Assembly: GCA_951406725.2 (NCBI GenBank)
Contig: OX597817.1
Span: 156,240,001-156,304,000, forward strand
Length of the DNA stretch: 64,000 nt
DNA from: Octopus vulgaris
Taxonomy: Eukaryota
Direction: 5' to 3'
In this document: positions 12,058-23,569 of the stretch, one piece after another
Position numbering within the stretch: the first letter of the stretch is position 1
Layout of the letters: each line of letters begins with the position of its first letter
Notes under the pieces: generated by a model
The model's input: only the letters and a program-made list of their open reading frames with translations
What the model was told of the DNA's origin: nothing
Databases searched by the model: none
Made by a program: the position numbers and the translations under genes

Positions 12058-12597
12058 TATATGTTGTTGTTGTTGTTGTGATGGTGGTGGTGGTGGTGGT
12101 GGTGGTGGTGGTAGTCACAAACATATGACTGAACCACGCTGTAAACAGATTAGTAGTAACCCAAGCCCTTGAGTTTCAATCCCACTGAACACCAAACCTG
12201 TTCTTGTTGATGTTCTTGAGCATCCTTGGAATGATTTCATCTTCAAATACCTTCAGGCATTGATACAGAAGAGTAACATTTATCTATCCTTCATCAGTTT
12301 TTGTCCAGGCAATTTCACTTCCCCTTGTGTGATATAAGAACTTCTAGACATTATTTCCAAGAAAAAACCCATCTCCTCACAGTTAAAATCCTATTAAGAA
12401 AATAAATCTCACTTCATAAGCTCACAAGACTTGACATAAAATCATTGTGTAACTACTTTCTCTATACATTACAACACTACGAATATCCAAGTGTTTTTTA
12501 AAAGGTTCAAACCAACCCATGCTAGCTTTAAATCCTGCTGGATTTACATCACACTCAGTACTAGTAGCCTTCTTAAACTATTTATAAAGGGACTAAG

Positions 12598-12889
12598 AAA
12601 CACACAAAAACCGTTAGATTCACTTCAACATTTAAATTTAATTTGTCAAAATATTTTCATCGCTTTTAGACCGCGACCTGTTCACTGACGCAGCATGAAG
12701 TTTTGTCAGTGAACAGGTCGAGGTCTCAAAGCAACGAAAATATTTTGACAAATTCAATTTAAATGTTGAAGTGAATCTAATGGTTTTTGTGTGTTTCTTA
12801 ATTGGCTTATAAACACCTTCCACGCTGCAATTGTTTTCGGTCTAGCACACGATCTCAGATCAAGTCACGTGCTATGCAAGTACATCTCC
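12598..12889. mobile_element. Insertion with internal ~95-bp inverted duplication (Penelope-like)
   Basis: Flanked by 14-bp duplication ataaagggactaag; colinear relative at 14290-14468. Confidence 0.7.
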
Positions 12890-12943
12890 ATAAAGGGACT
12901 AAGCTTTTTCACAAATAAATGCTTCCACACACTGAGTCATCAG

Positions 12944-13310
12944 TTTATTACCTCCACCTTGGCGAAGGCAGAGGTATTGTTTTCAGTCGGGTTTGTTTGT
13001 TTGTCTGTGGGCAAGATATCTCAAGAACTGCTGGATGGATTCGGATGAAACTTTCAGGGATATTTGGCTTCGTAACTGGCACAAACTTATTAGATTTTGG
13101 GATCGATCCAGTACCAGGCAAGGATTCTGGATTATTTTTCCATTTTTTAAACTTAATTTTTGGGAGTGGTTGGGTTCATTTTTAATATTCTCGTTTGTGA
13201 GAGCAGTCGAGTTTATTTCAGGATTTCTCATTTTAAAAATCATTTCGTGCTAACAGTTGAGAAGGTGTTGGTGTTGCTTTGGTGGAGGTTTGCACTCTCT
13301 GAGTGTTTTT
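12944..13310 (+). mobile_element. Helentron-associated element (HINE/DINE-like)
   Basis: tttattacctccacc...gtttgtttgtctgt start; ggtggaggtttgcactctctgagtg end with subterminal inverted repeat and stem-loop. Confidence 0.7.
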
Positions 13311-13364
13311 CATTTCATTAATAAGCAAGACACAAGTGTTATTGGCCTTACAGGTACCATTGGC

Positions 13365-13752
13365 TGTGGAGGCGCAATGGCCCAGTGGTTAGGGCAGTGG
13401 GCTTGCGGTCATAGGATCGCGGTTTTGATTCCCAGACCGGGCGTTGTGAGTGTTTATTGAGCGAAAACACCTAAAAAGCTCCACGAGGCTCCGGCAGGGG
13501 ATGGTGGTGATCCCTGCTGTACTCTTTCACCACAACTTTCTCTCACTCTTACTTCCTGTTTCTGTTGTACCTGTATTTCAAAGGGCCGGCCTTGTCACTC
13601 TCTGTGTCACGCTGAATATCCCCGAGAACTACGTTAAGGGTACACGTGTCTGTGGAGTGCTCAGCCACTTACACGTTAATTTCACGAGCAGGCTGTTCCA
13701 TTGATTCGGATCAACCGGAACCCTTGTCGTCGTAACCGACGGAGTGCTTCCA
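13365..13752 (+). mobile_element. SINE family A
   Basis: Full length; TSD accattggct. Confidence 0.92.
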
Positions 13753-14217
13753 ACCATTGGCTATTGATGTATTTTTTAGCTTAATCTTTCTTTTTAAAAT
13801 AGTACAGATTGTAGATTTGACCGATCTGCACGCCATGCTGAGAGCATTTAAATTGATACACCTTTCTCCTTCAGAAATTATCTGTTTCTTTAATTTCTAC
13901 AGCAATGTTTTTTCAAACAGGCTTTTCTTTCATTGTAGTGAATACTAAGGAATAATAAGAACAACAACAATAATAATAATAATGATTTTAAATTTTGGCA
14001 CAAGGCCAGTAATTTTTGGGAGAGGGCTTAAACCAATTACACCAACTCCAGTATTCAACTGATATTTATTTTATCGACCCTGAAGGATGGAAAGCAAAGT
14101 CAGCATTGACAGCATTTGAACTCTGAATATAAAGATGGATGAAATACCACAAAGCATTTTGCCTGCAAACGATGTGTGCAAATGATTCTGCCAGCTCACT
14201 GCCCTAACAACAATGAC

Positions 14218-14276
<59 letters not shown>

Positions 14277-14468
14277 TAATAATAATAATAATTGCAGCGT
14301 GGAAGGTGTTTATAAGCCATTTAAGAAACACACAAAACCGTTAATTTGTCAAAATATTTTTGTCTCTTTGAGACGGCAACCTGTTCACCGACAAAGCTTC
14401 GTGCTGCGCATGTTTTCATTCCAGCACATGATCTCAGATCAAGTCACTCGCTATGCAAGTACATCTCT

Positions 14469-14508
<40 letters not shown>

Positions 14509-14785
14509 TAATGTCTTATGTTTTTGTGGTTTGGAGTAGATCTCTGTAGAGAGAAATATTATTGCAGTGCTGGTTGAAGATGCAAGCCATGGGTACATGT
14601 GCATAGAACTCACTGTATGTAGGTATATACTATATAGTGCGTGTATGCATGTGTGTGTATGTCTGTATATGTATATATAGATATGTATGTAGGTGTATGT
14701 GGCTTGTATGTGGCATGGCTGTGTGGTTTGCTTCCCACCCGCATGGAATGGATTTAGTAGATGGAAACTGAAAGAAGCCCAATAT

Positions 14786-14822
<37 letters not shown>

Positions 14823-15219
14823 TGTGAGTGCATGCGTGTATGTATGTGTGTCTTCATGTTTGAGTTTGTCCCTCACCACTGCTTGACAACTGGTGTTGGT
14901 TTGTTTATTGTCCCCATAACTTAGCAGTTCAGCAAAAGAGACCAATAGAATAAGTGCTAGGCTTAAAAGAAAAGATCCGATATATGTACATATCTATGTG
15001 TATGTGAATGTCTGGTTGTATGCATATCTGTATGGGATTGTACACACATCTGTATATGTTTGTGTGTGTGTGTATATAACTGTATATCATCATTATCATC
15101 ATCATTTAACATCCGTTGTCCATGCTGGCATGGGTTGGACAGTTTAACCAGGACTGGGAAGCTGGAAGGCTGCACCAGACTCCAGTCTGATTTGACATGG
15201 TTTCTACTGCTGGATGTCT

Positions 15220-15288
<69 letters not shown>

Positions 15289-15354
15289 TATCAGAAAGCA
15301 GAACCAAAATCGAAGTCGATCAACATCAATGGAAATTGCAGCTGTGGTTAAGCG

Positions 15355-15712
15355 AACCATCTGATCGTGGCCGTTGCCAGCGCCGCCCCGACTGGCCTCC
15401 GTGCCGGTGGCACGAAAAAGCACCATCTGTTCGTGTCCGTTGCCAGCCTCGCCTGGCCCCCGTGCTGGTGGCACATAAAAAGCACCATCCGTTCGTGGCC
15501 GTTTGCCAGCTCCGTCTGGCACCTGTGTGGGTGGCACGTAAAAAGCACCCACTACACTCACGGAGTGGTTGGCGTTAAGAAGGGCATCCAGCCGTAGAAA
15601 CACTGCCAGATCAGACTGGGGCTGATGCAGCCTTCTGGCTTCACAGACCCCAGTTGAACCGTCCAACCCATGCTAGCATGGAAAGCGGACGCTAAATGAT
15701 GATGATGATGAT
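15355..15712 (+). mobile_element. SINE-like family D with ~60-bp repeated module and (GAT)n tail
   Basis: gagtggttggcgttaagaagggcatccagccgtagaaac...ccatgctagcatgg...gatgatgatg; copies at 23226, 50740, degenerate at 55140 and 60955. Confidence 0.82.
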
Positions 15713-15731
15713 GTATATATATAATTAATCC

Positions 15732-15930
15732 AAACATGAACAAAGAGAAAACACAACAATGTGAGAACGTAGAACAAGTATAGTGTTATTGGACGCTCAG
15801 GAAAGGAAAGAAAGAAGGAGGATTTAACATTTCGAGCGGAGCTCTTCGTCAGAACCATAGAAAAAGGAAAGGTCCAAGGAAGGGAAGACGGAGAAAGAAA
15901 ATCGCCAACGATACACACGCGGTCACAATG
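15732..15930 (-). mobile_element. Penelope-like fragment with hammerhead-like motif (15820-15856)
   Basis: Minus strand ctgacga-agagctccgctc-gaaa-tg-tt; downstream tcctgagcgtccaataac resembles the 3468/6505 family. Confidence 0.55.
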
Positions 15931-15932
15931 AG

Positions 15933-16365
<433 letters not shown>

Positions 16366-16619
16366 TCACACATCTAAGTGTATTTTATCTAAAGAAGAGG
16401 GGGTGGGTGGGTAAGAAACAGGAAAGCAAACTAAAAAATACCAAAACTTCTGCCAAAATCTAAAACGTTCAGGGTGAAAGGGGTTATGTGAGGTAGAGTG
16501 TTTATATATCTGAATGACAGAAAAAGAGTAGAAGGGATTGCGTGTGTAGATATATATATATGTGAATGAATAAGCGTGTAGGTGTGTGTACGACATAAAG
16601 TGTGATTTTTTTTTGTCTC

Positions 16620-17011
16620 TAGAAAAGAGAATAAGTGTGTGTGTGTTTTGAGAGAAAAAGAAATGTTTGCGTGTGTGTTTTGAAAGAAAAAGTGTGTGCG
16701 TGTGTGTATGTGTTTTGAAAGAAAAAGTGTGTGCGTGTGTGTATGTGTTTTGAGAGAAAAAGTGTGTGCGTGTGTGTATGTGTTTTGAGAGAAAAAGTGT
16801 GTGTATGTGTGTGTGTGTGTGTTTTGAGAGAAAAAGTGTGTGTGTATGTGTGTGTGTGTGTGTGTGTGTATGTGTGTGTGTTTTGAGAGAAAAAGTGTGT
16901 GTGTGTATGTGTGTGTATGTGTGTGTGTGTGTGTGAGTGTGTCTAAGTAGAAGGAATGAGAGTGTGCATGGCGAGTGATAATGTGTGTATGGATGGATAG
17001 ATTGAAAGTGT

Positions 17012-17064
<53 letters not shown>

Positions 17065-17277
17065 CAGACAGACAAACAGACAGAGAAAGAGAAGAAAATT
17101 CCTAGTCTCGAAAGTGTGTATATGTCTGCGTGAGTGGGTTATGTATGTATGTGTGTGTGTGTGTGAGAGAGAGAGAAAGAGAGACAGACAGACAAAGAGA
17201 AGAAAATTATTAGTCTCGAAAGTGTATATATGTCTGCGTGAGTGGGTTGTGTATGTATGTGTGTGTGTGTGAGAGAA

Positions 17278-17316
<39 letters not shown>

Positions 17317-17389
17317 GTGCATAAGCGAGCGTGCGTGCGTGCAGTAAAACGAGAGACTGAAATTGCAGGAAGATGAAGTGTGAGAGAGT

Positions 17390-17429
<40 letters not shown>

Positions 17430-17945
17430 GGAGAATAAAGCTGCGAGGAGAGAGAGAGAGAGAGAGAGATTGAATGAGAGAATAAAAGAATGAAAGATAT
17501 AATGATAATATAATAACAATATTAAGTAGGAGAAAGAGATATAAGTGAGAAAAAAACTGACTTAAAAGAAACAAATAAAATTAAAACTATTAGAGATAGA
17601 AAGAGAGAGAGAGAGAAGGAGAGATACACAGTGTGACGGGGGTCGATTTGTGTGGGACAACAAAAAAATAGTGAAAGAACCGCCCCAGACACAGACGATA
17701 GATGGATAGTTAAATAGAGAGAAGAAGGAGAGAGAGAGAGCGCGAGAGAGAGAGAGAGAAGAGAAGAAAAAGAGGATAGTGTAAAATAAGACGGGTTTAT
17801 TATTATATACATATCATACATACACACAGATACATATACACACATAGATAGATAGATAGATAGATAGATAGAGAGAGAGATAGATAATCGTATTGAGCCC
17901 TCTACGTATAGAGAGAGGGGGACAGAGAGAAGAAAAAAGTGAGAC
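16620..17945 (+). promoter_or_regulatory. GA/GT-rich purine-skewed block, possible promoter or 5' region of a + strand gene
   Basis: About 1.3 kb of (GA)n, (GACA)n and gtgtgttttgagagaaaaa units, no recognisable TE, followed by a CpG-containing unique segment 17940-18250 and a candidate ATG exon. Confidence 0.4.
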
Positions 17946-18896
17946 GGCATAGCGACGGTTTTTTGGCTGACTGTCATCCTGTACTCCCCTCGTTGCCAGC
18001 GAAATGGTATGTGCCGGCTGTCTGAGCAACTCGTTGCTTCTTCCCCAGCTGGGCATTCAGCAAGGCAGGGCGTGAATTGTGTCGGACACACAGACTGACT
18101 AAAAGAGGGACAACGGCAGCATCTAAGCCAACTCTGAAAAAAAAAGGACACCGCTCGGCAGGAAACCGGGTACCTTGAAGTGGACATACAGAATTATTGT
18201 AGTACCCGGTTACTCTATGTGAAAGAAAACAAATACAGGCTACCATCGTTATATGTAAATACATAATAATATATATATACATATAGGAGTATATATCCGT
18301 TATATACACTGTGATTATGAAAGAGATCTTTTACTATTTAACAACTTAAAAAGCTCTGTTGGATTTCGAAATTTCGTGTTATCTGCAAACATATAGCTAC
18401 ACAAACATGCATTGATATCCCCACAAATTATATATACTCGTCACCCAATTTACAATTATACACGCTTTCACAGCTATACATACATAAATACATACATACA
18501 TACTTACATACATACGTACATACATACATTGATACTGTCACAAATATATACTCACTCATACCTACATACAAATACATGTTTTACTACAGAATATTAGTGA
18601 AGGAAAAAAAATACAATTTAAATATTTATCTAAAACACACAAAAGTATAATTAATTGCTCTGCATATCAAAATAGCCACAAGGAATCATTGTTACATAAT
18701 ATTGTGATATAATATTTATTTCTCCCTCCCACACACATATACACACACATATATATAGCTGTTATCCCATAAATCGCATTCCCCCACAACTAATATAGCC
18801 TTTACATTATTCCATACTTTTTTCGAACAAAAGAGTGAAAGAAAAAAAGTTGTTCTTTTTAAAACTATCAAAAGTACAAATCGTCACTAAACAACC

Positions 18897-18956
18897 ATGA
18901 AGTCAGCTAAACTTGCTGTGAGCAGTGAAGGTAGCCCAGAGACAAAAATCGACCAG
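18897..18956 (+). CDS. Candidate first coding exon MKSAKLAVSSEGSPETKIDQ (unknown protein)
   Basis: Strong context acaaccATG, 20 codons, phase-0 donor CAG|gtttgt, unique sequence with no recognisable TE; downstream exons not securely found. Confidence 0.45.
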
Positions 18957-19010
18957 GTTTGTCTAACCTATTATATCTATACATATGTACATGCATGCAT
19001 ATATATATAT

Positions 19011-19054
<44 letters not shown>

Positions 19055-20229
19055 TTATATTTATCCATTTGGTGGAGAGGGACAGATTTTGTGTGGGCCT
19101 GCAGAAAAATAGGGTGGGACAGATTTTTGCCCTCCACAAACCTCTTTCTGTATTTTATCAGATTGACTGTTTTCGAATTCCCCCTCTCCACCAAAAATTT
19201 ATCTTTAAAAAAAAAAAAGTTATGCATATTTTTTGCAGATTCATAATCTCAGATATTTAAAACCTACACAGGAAAAAAATAGTTTTCAAAAGAAAGTTAA
19301 AACTGAAAAAAAAAAAAAATGGATGAGAGGCAAGAAAAAAAAAATCACCCTGATTAGAAATTTAGGATATTTTCCTTTAAACTGCCGTTCAAAAGGAAAA
19401 GATCCGAAATTTAATATTTTATTATTGTTTCTTTTGTGTACAATCGTAATATACGATGTTTTAAGACCTACATATCCCAAGAAATTATGGTTTTTGGCGC
19501 ACTGGATAATTTCCGACTCTATTCTATAGGAACGCCTGTATGATTGTATGTAAGTGCATGTATATATATATATACGCGATTGTGTATACGTGTATTTTCA
19601 AGATATTTTCTAATGTTATATATGTTAAATTCGTTTCACTAAACCCAGAAAAATATTCAAACTCGTATTCAGATACTTCACACCCGTTATTTTTTATGCT
19701 TGTGTGTGTGTGACCACACCTTTTTAAACTCCTGTTTTATACAAATATACATACACAAACACATATATATATAGCTTTTCATTATACCGGTTTTTTCCTA
19801 CACAAACTCTACGTATATTTCTTTCACATACAACACTGTGTGTGTGTAAAGCTGTTTGTATTTGGGGTAACTATCATGGATTCGTCCTCGTTTTAATTTT
19901 TCTTAGGCCACAATAGGGGAGCAACAGTGGAGGCTACCTAACTTCCCATAGTACCATAGTGAGCTGCTCCCATAGCAACAGTTAGCACCCTAGAGTCTGA
20001 CTCAACCAGACTACGAGACTGCACCTTGAGTCCTCACATACAAAAATAACTGGCTAGTGGGGCTAGTTGCTAGGGACTCTCCTCTATGGACCCTTCATTA
20101 TAACAATTAGTTCCCAAGGGTCAGTGCAAATGCCTTTCATGACCCTTTTAACTAACAGCTCCATACGTCCATCCATCCCAACATGAGTTAGATCGTATCC
20201 AGTTTGCAAATTTCGTAAAAGACACTCAT

Positions 20230-21580
20230 TATTGTCCCGAGATCAATTTATCTTTTACCTTTCTTCCTGGGATCGATAAAATGAATTACCATTCAAGTAT
20301 TGGGGTCGATTTAATCTGTTGTTCTCTTCTCCAAAATTTCACCACCTTTGTGCCTATGTTACAAACATAGAGGCTCAAAGGTAAGTGAATTAGGGGAATC
20401 ATTAGAACATTGGGGGGGGGGGGGTGCTTTTCGTTCTGAGTTCAAATCCCACTGCGATCAATTTTGTCTTTCATCCTTTTGGGGGTCGATAAATTAAGTA
20501 CTAGTTGAGCACTGGAGTCGATGTGATCGACTAAACCTCCTTCCTAAAAAAATTTCAGATCTTGAACTGGCAGAAATGTTAGCACGCCGAGCAAAATGCT
20601 TAGCGGCATTTCATCCGTTTGTAAGTTCTGAGTTTAAATACTGCCGAGGTCGACTTTACCTTTCATTCTTTCGAGGTCGTTGAAATAAGTACCTGTTGAG
20701 AAGTGGGGTCGATGTGATCGACTAACCCCCTCCCCTCATATTTTCAGGCCTCGGGTCTATAGTAGAAAGAATTATTATTATTGAAGCGGCGAGCTGGCAG
20801 AATCGTTAACACGCCGGACGAAATGCTTAGCAGTATTTCGTCGTCTGTCCTTCAGTGTTCTGAGTTCAAATTCCGCCGAGGTCGACTTTGCCTTTCATCC
20901 TTTCGGAGTCGATAAAATGAGTACCAGTTGTGTACTGGGGTCGATGTAATCGACTATCCCTTCCTTTTATGCCTATAGTAGAAAGGATTAAGGCGGCGAG
21001 CTGGCAGGATCGCTAACTTGCCGGTCAAATTGTTTAGTTGTATTTCATCCGTCCGCACGTTTCGAGTTCAAATTCCTCCGATGTCAACTTTGCCTTCTAT
21101 CCTTTCGGGGTCGATAAATTGAGTATTAGTTGCGTGCTGGGGATCTAATCGACTGGCTCCCTCTCCAAAAGTTTCGGACCTTGTGCCTAGAGTAGAAAAG
21201 CGATTTGAAAGAATCGTTAGCACACCGGACAAAATGCGTTGTAGCATTTCGTCCGTTTTTACGTTCTGAGTTCAAATTCCACCGAGGTCAGCTTTACTTT
21301 TCAGCCTTTCGGAGTCGATCAAATAAGTACCAGTCAAGTACTGGGGGGGGGGGGGGCAAGACTTCCTTTTGTACCCCCACAAAAACAGCCATCCTTTCCC
21401 TGGGGTCTATGTAATCGACTTAGCCCCTGCCCCCTAAAATTTAACCTTTATGTCCATTTCATATTTGAAAGAATTATCTGTGTTCTTTTCGTTGAGAGTT
21501 CATATCCCGCCTAGGTTCGACTTCGACTCACATCGTTCCAGCTTTGATAATGTACCAGTAATGTACTGGGGGTAGACTTA
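20230..21580 (+). mobile_element. Head-to-tail cluster of ~7 diverged SINE family C units
   Basis: Repeated ctgagttcaaattccgccgaggtcgactttgcctttcatcctttcggggtcgataaa..gtaccag; central part resembles the Meta-SINE domain as recalled. Confidence 0.85.
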
Positions 21581-22473
21581 ATCATCTGCATTTTTCTCCC
21601 CTCAAAAAAAAAATAAATAAATGGATGTTTGACTTTGCTTCTTAAATCTTTATTAATATTAAATAAATAAAGAAATTATAAGCCTGTCGCTTTACCGAAG
21701 ATTGGATCTTTGAATTCGCTCATGCCATGCTTTTGGCATATCAGTCCTGTTAATTCGTAGCATATAGATTTCTTTAAACATATTTGTGAGACACGGAACG
21801 GTCAAATTTCTAGGTTACTATTTTTTGTGCCTCTCTCGGTATACGGGACTTTTTTTTTTTCACTGTATCATCCGTGGGTGTGTCTTTTCCAGCTATATAC
21901 TTCATAGACACAGAACTTCGGGTGGGTGTGCCTTCGTGTAAATACACAAATATTTGTGTACAATCATATAGGTATGGCATCTCTTTCTCCCCCACTCTCT
22001 CTCATATATAGTGTTTGTGTGTGTGTGTGTGTGTGTACGTGTTTAACATATATTGTGTTGTAACGATTAAATGCATTAGTTTACTAGTGTGGAAAATGTT
22101 AGCTGCGTATGCATTCACTGTATGCGCATGTATGTGTAGTGAATCTTAAGTTTTGACTGCACCCTTGTCTGGCTTTTGTTAATGGTAGATGTGGTGGTGG
22201 TGGTAATAATAGCTTAGTAGTCGTGATATGATTGTAGCGGGGATATGGGGTTATACAAACTAGCTGTTGTTATGATCCCATTACCAAGGTTATTGTATGG
22301 ACTTAGGATAAATAATGTGGTGGTATGAAGTTGCAAGCATCAATTACCGTAATAGCAGTCATAACATCTGTTGTAGTAATGGTGGCGGACCAGTTGTGGC
22401 AGTGGTATTGGTAGTATGACCTTAAATGGCTGAAAGATAACTCTTTATCACAGGTTACTACTGGTAACATTCC

Positions 22474-23024
22474 TAGGTACCAATTCTTTATAAAGATGAA
22501 CTGAGGGGTTCTTCAGACTGAATCCATGACTATAGGCCATGTAAATTACATGGAAAAAACTTTATACCCTCAAACTCCCAGTTGTCTCTAGGGATAGAGC
22601 TAGGTAGAAATGTGAATTCTATTGGATTGGTACCTGCCTGGGATGACGTTAGTGTTCTTAGGTACCAATTCTTTATAAAGATGAACTGAGGGGTTCTTCA
22701 GACTGAATCCATGACTATAGGCCATGTAAATTACATGGAAAAAACTTTATACCCTCAAACTCCCAACTGTCTCTAGGGATAGAGCTAGGTAGAAATGTGA
22801 ATTGGATTGGATTGGTACCTGCCTGGGATGACGTTAGTGTTCTTAGGTACCAATTTTTTATAAGATGAACTGAGGGGTTCTTCAGACTGAATCCATGACT
22901 ATAGGCCATGTAAATTACATGGAAAAAACTTTATACCCTCAAACTCCCAGCTGTCTCTAGGGATAGAGCTAGGTAGAAATGTGAATTGGATTGGATTGGT
23001 ACCTGTCTGGGATGACGTTAGTGT
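22474..23024. repeat. Tandem repeat, 3 x 185 bp
   Basis: taggtaccaatt at 22474, 22659, 22844; near-identical units. Confidence 0.95.
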
Positions 23025-23225
23025 CTGATCTAGAATATATTGTTCTGTCACACAAGCACAATGAAATACTAGCAATGGATTTGAGCCCGTGACCTAAGAG
23101 CAAGTAGTCTAATATCTTAACTACTCAACCATTTTCCCTGGGCTTATTATCTGCTATTGAAAAAGTGATTTTCTTTTTAGTTTCATCCTCTAATCCAGAT
23201 TTTATATATCAATTTATTCATTTAT

Positions 23226-23569
23226 TGCCAGCGCCGCCCCGACTGGCTTCTGTGCTGGTGGCACATAAAAAGCACCATCCGAACGTTGCCAGCGCCGCCT
23301 TGGCTGGCTTCCGTGCCGCTGGCACGTTAAAAGCTCCAATCGATCGTGACCGAAGCCGGACCCCCCCCCCCTCCTGGCACCTGTGCAGGTGGCACGTAAA
23401 AAGCACCCACTACACTTGCGGAGTGGTTGGCATTAGGAAGGGCATCCAGCCATAGAAACTCTGCTAGATCAGACTGGAGCCTGGAGCAGCCCCTAGCTTC
23501 CCAGACCCCGGTCGAACCGTCCAACCCGTGCTAGCGCGGAAAACGGACGTTAAACGATGATGATGATGA
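23226..23569 (+). mobile_element. SINE-like family D
   Basis: Matches 15355 and 50740 copies; (GAT)n tail. Confidence 0.82.

Larger units (their letters stand above)
9480..13930 (-). pseudogene. Fragmented Tigger/pogo-type (CENP-B HTH + DDE_1) transposase fossil
   Basis: Colinear minus-strand peptide remnants: KSTICTILK (~13800), AFICEKA (~12910), FKASMGWFEPFKKH (~12510), FNCEEMGFF..YITQGEVKLPGQKLMKDR (~12340), NSRAWVTTNLFTAWF (~12150), HPNFL..FIKIYCMLSNITP (~11550), FKEFQRNHF (~11035); many stops and frameshifts. Confidence 0.82.

Noticed and set aside
16366-17574. 402-aa ORF (longest in track) and similar YI/CV/HT/SL-repeat ORFs
   Set aside because: Translations of dinucleotide microsatellites lacking stops; no protein-like complexity
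22474-23024. 185-bp tandem as retrozyme or CRISPR-like array
   Set aside because: Minus-strand ctgaaga has no downstream GAAA/NUH; units are fully repeated with no unique spacers
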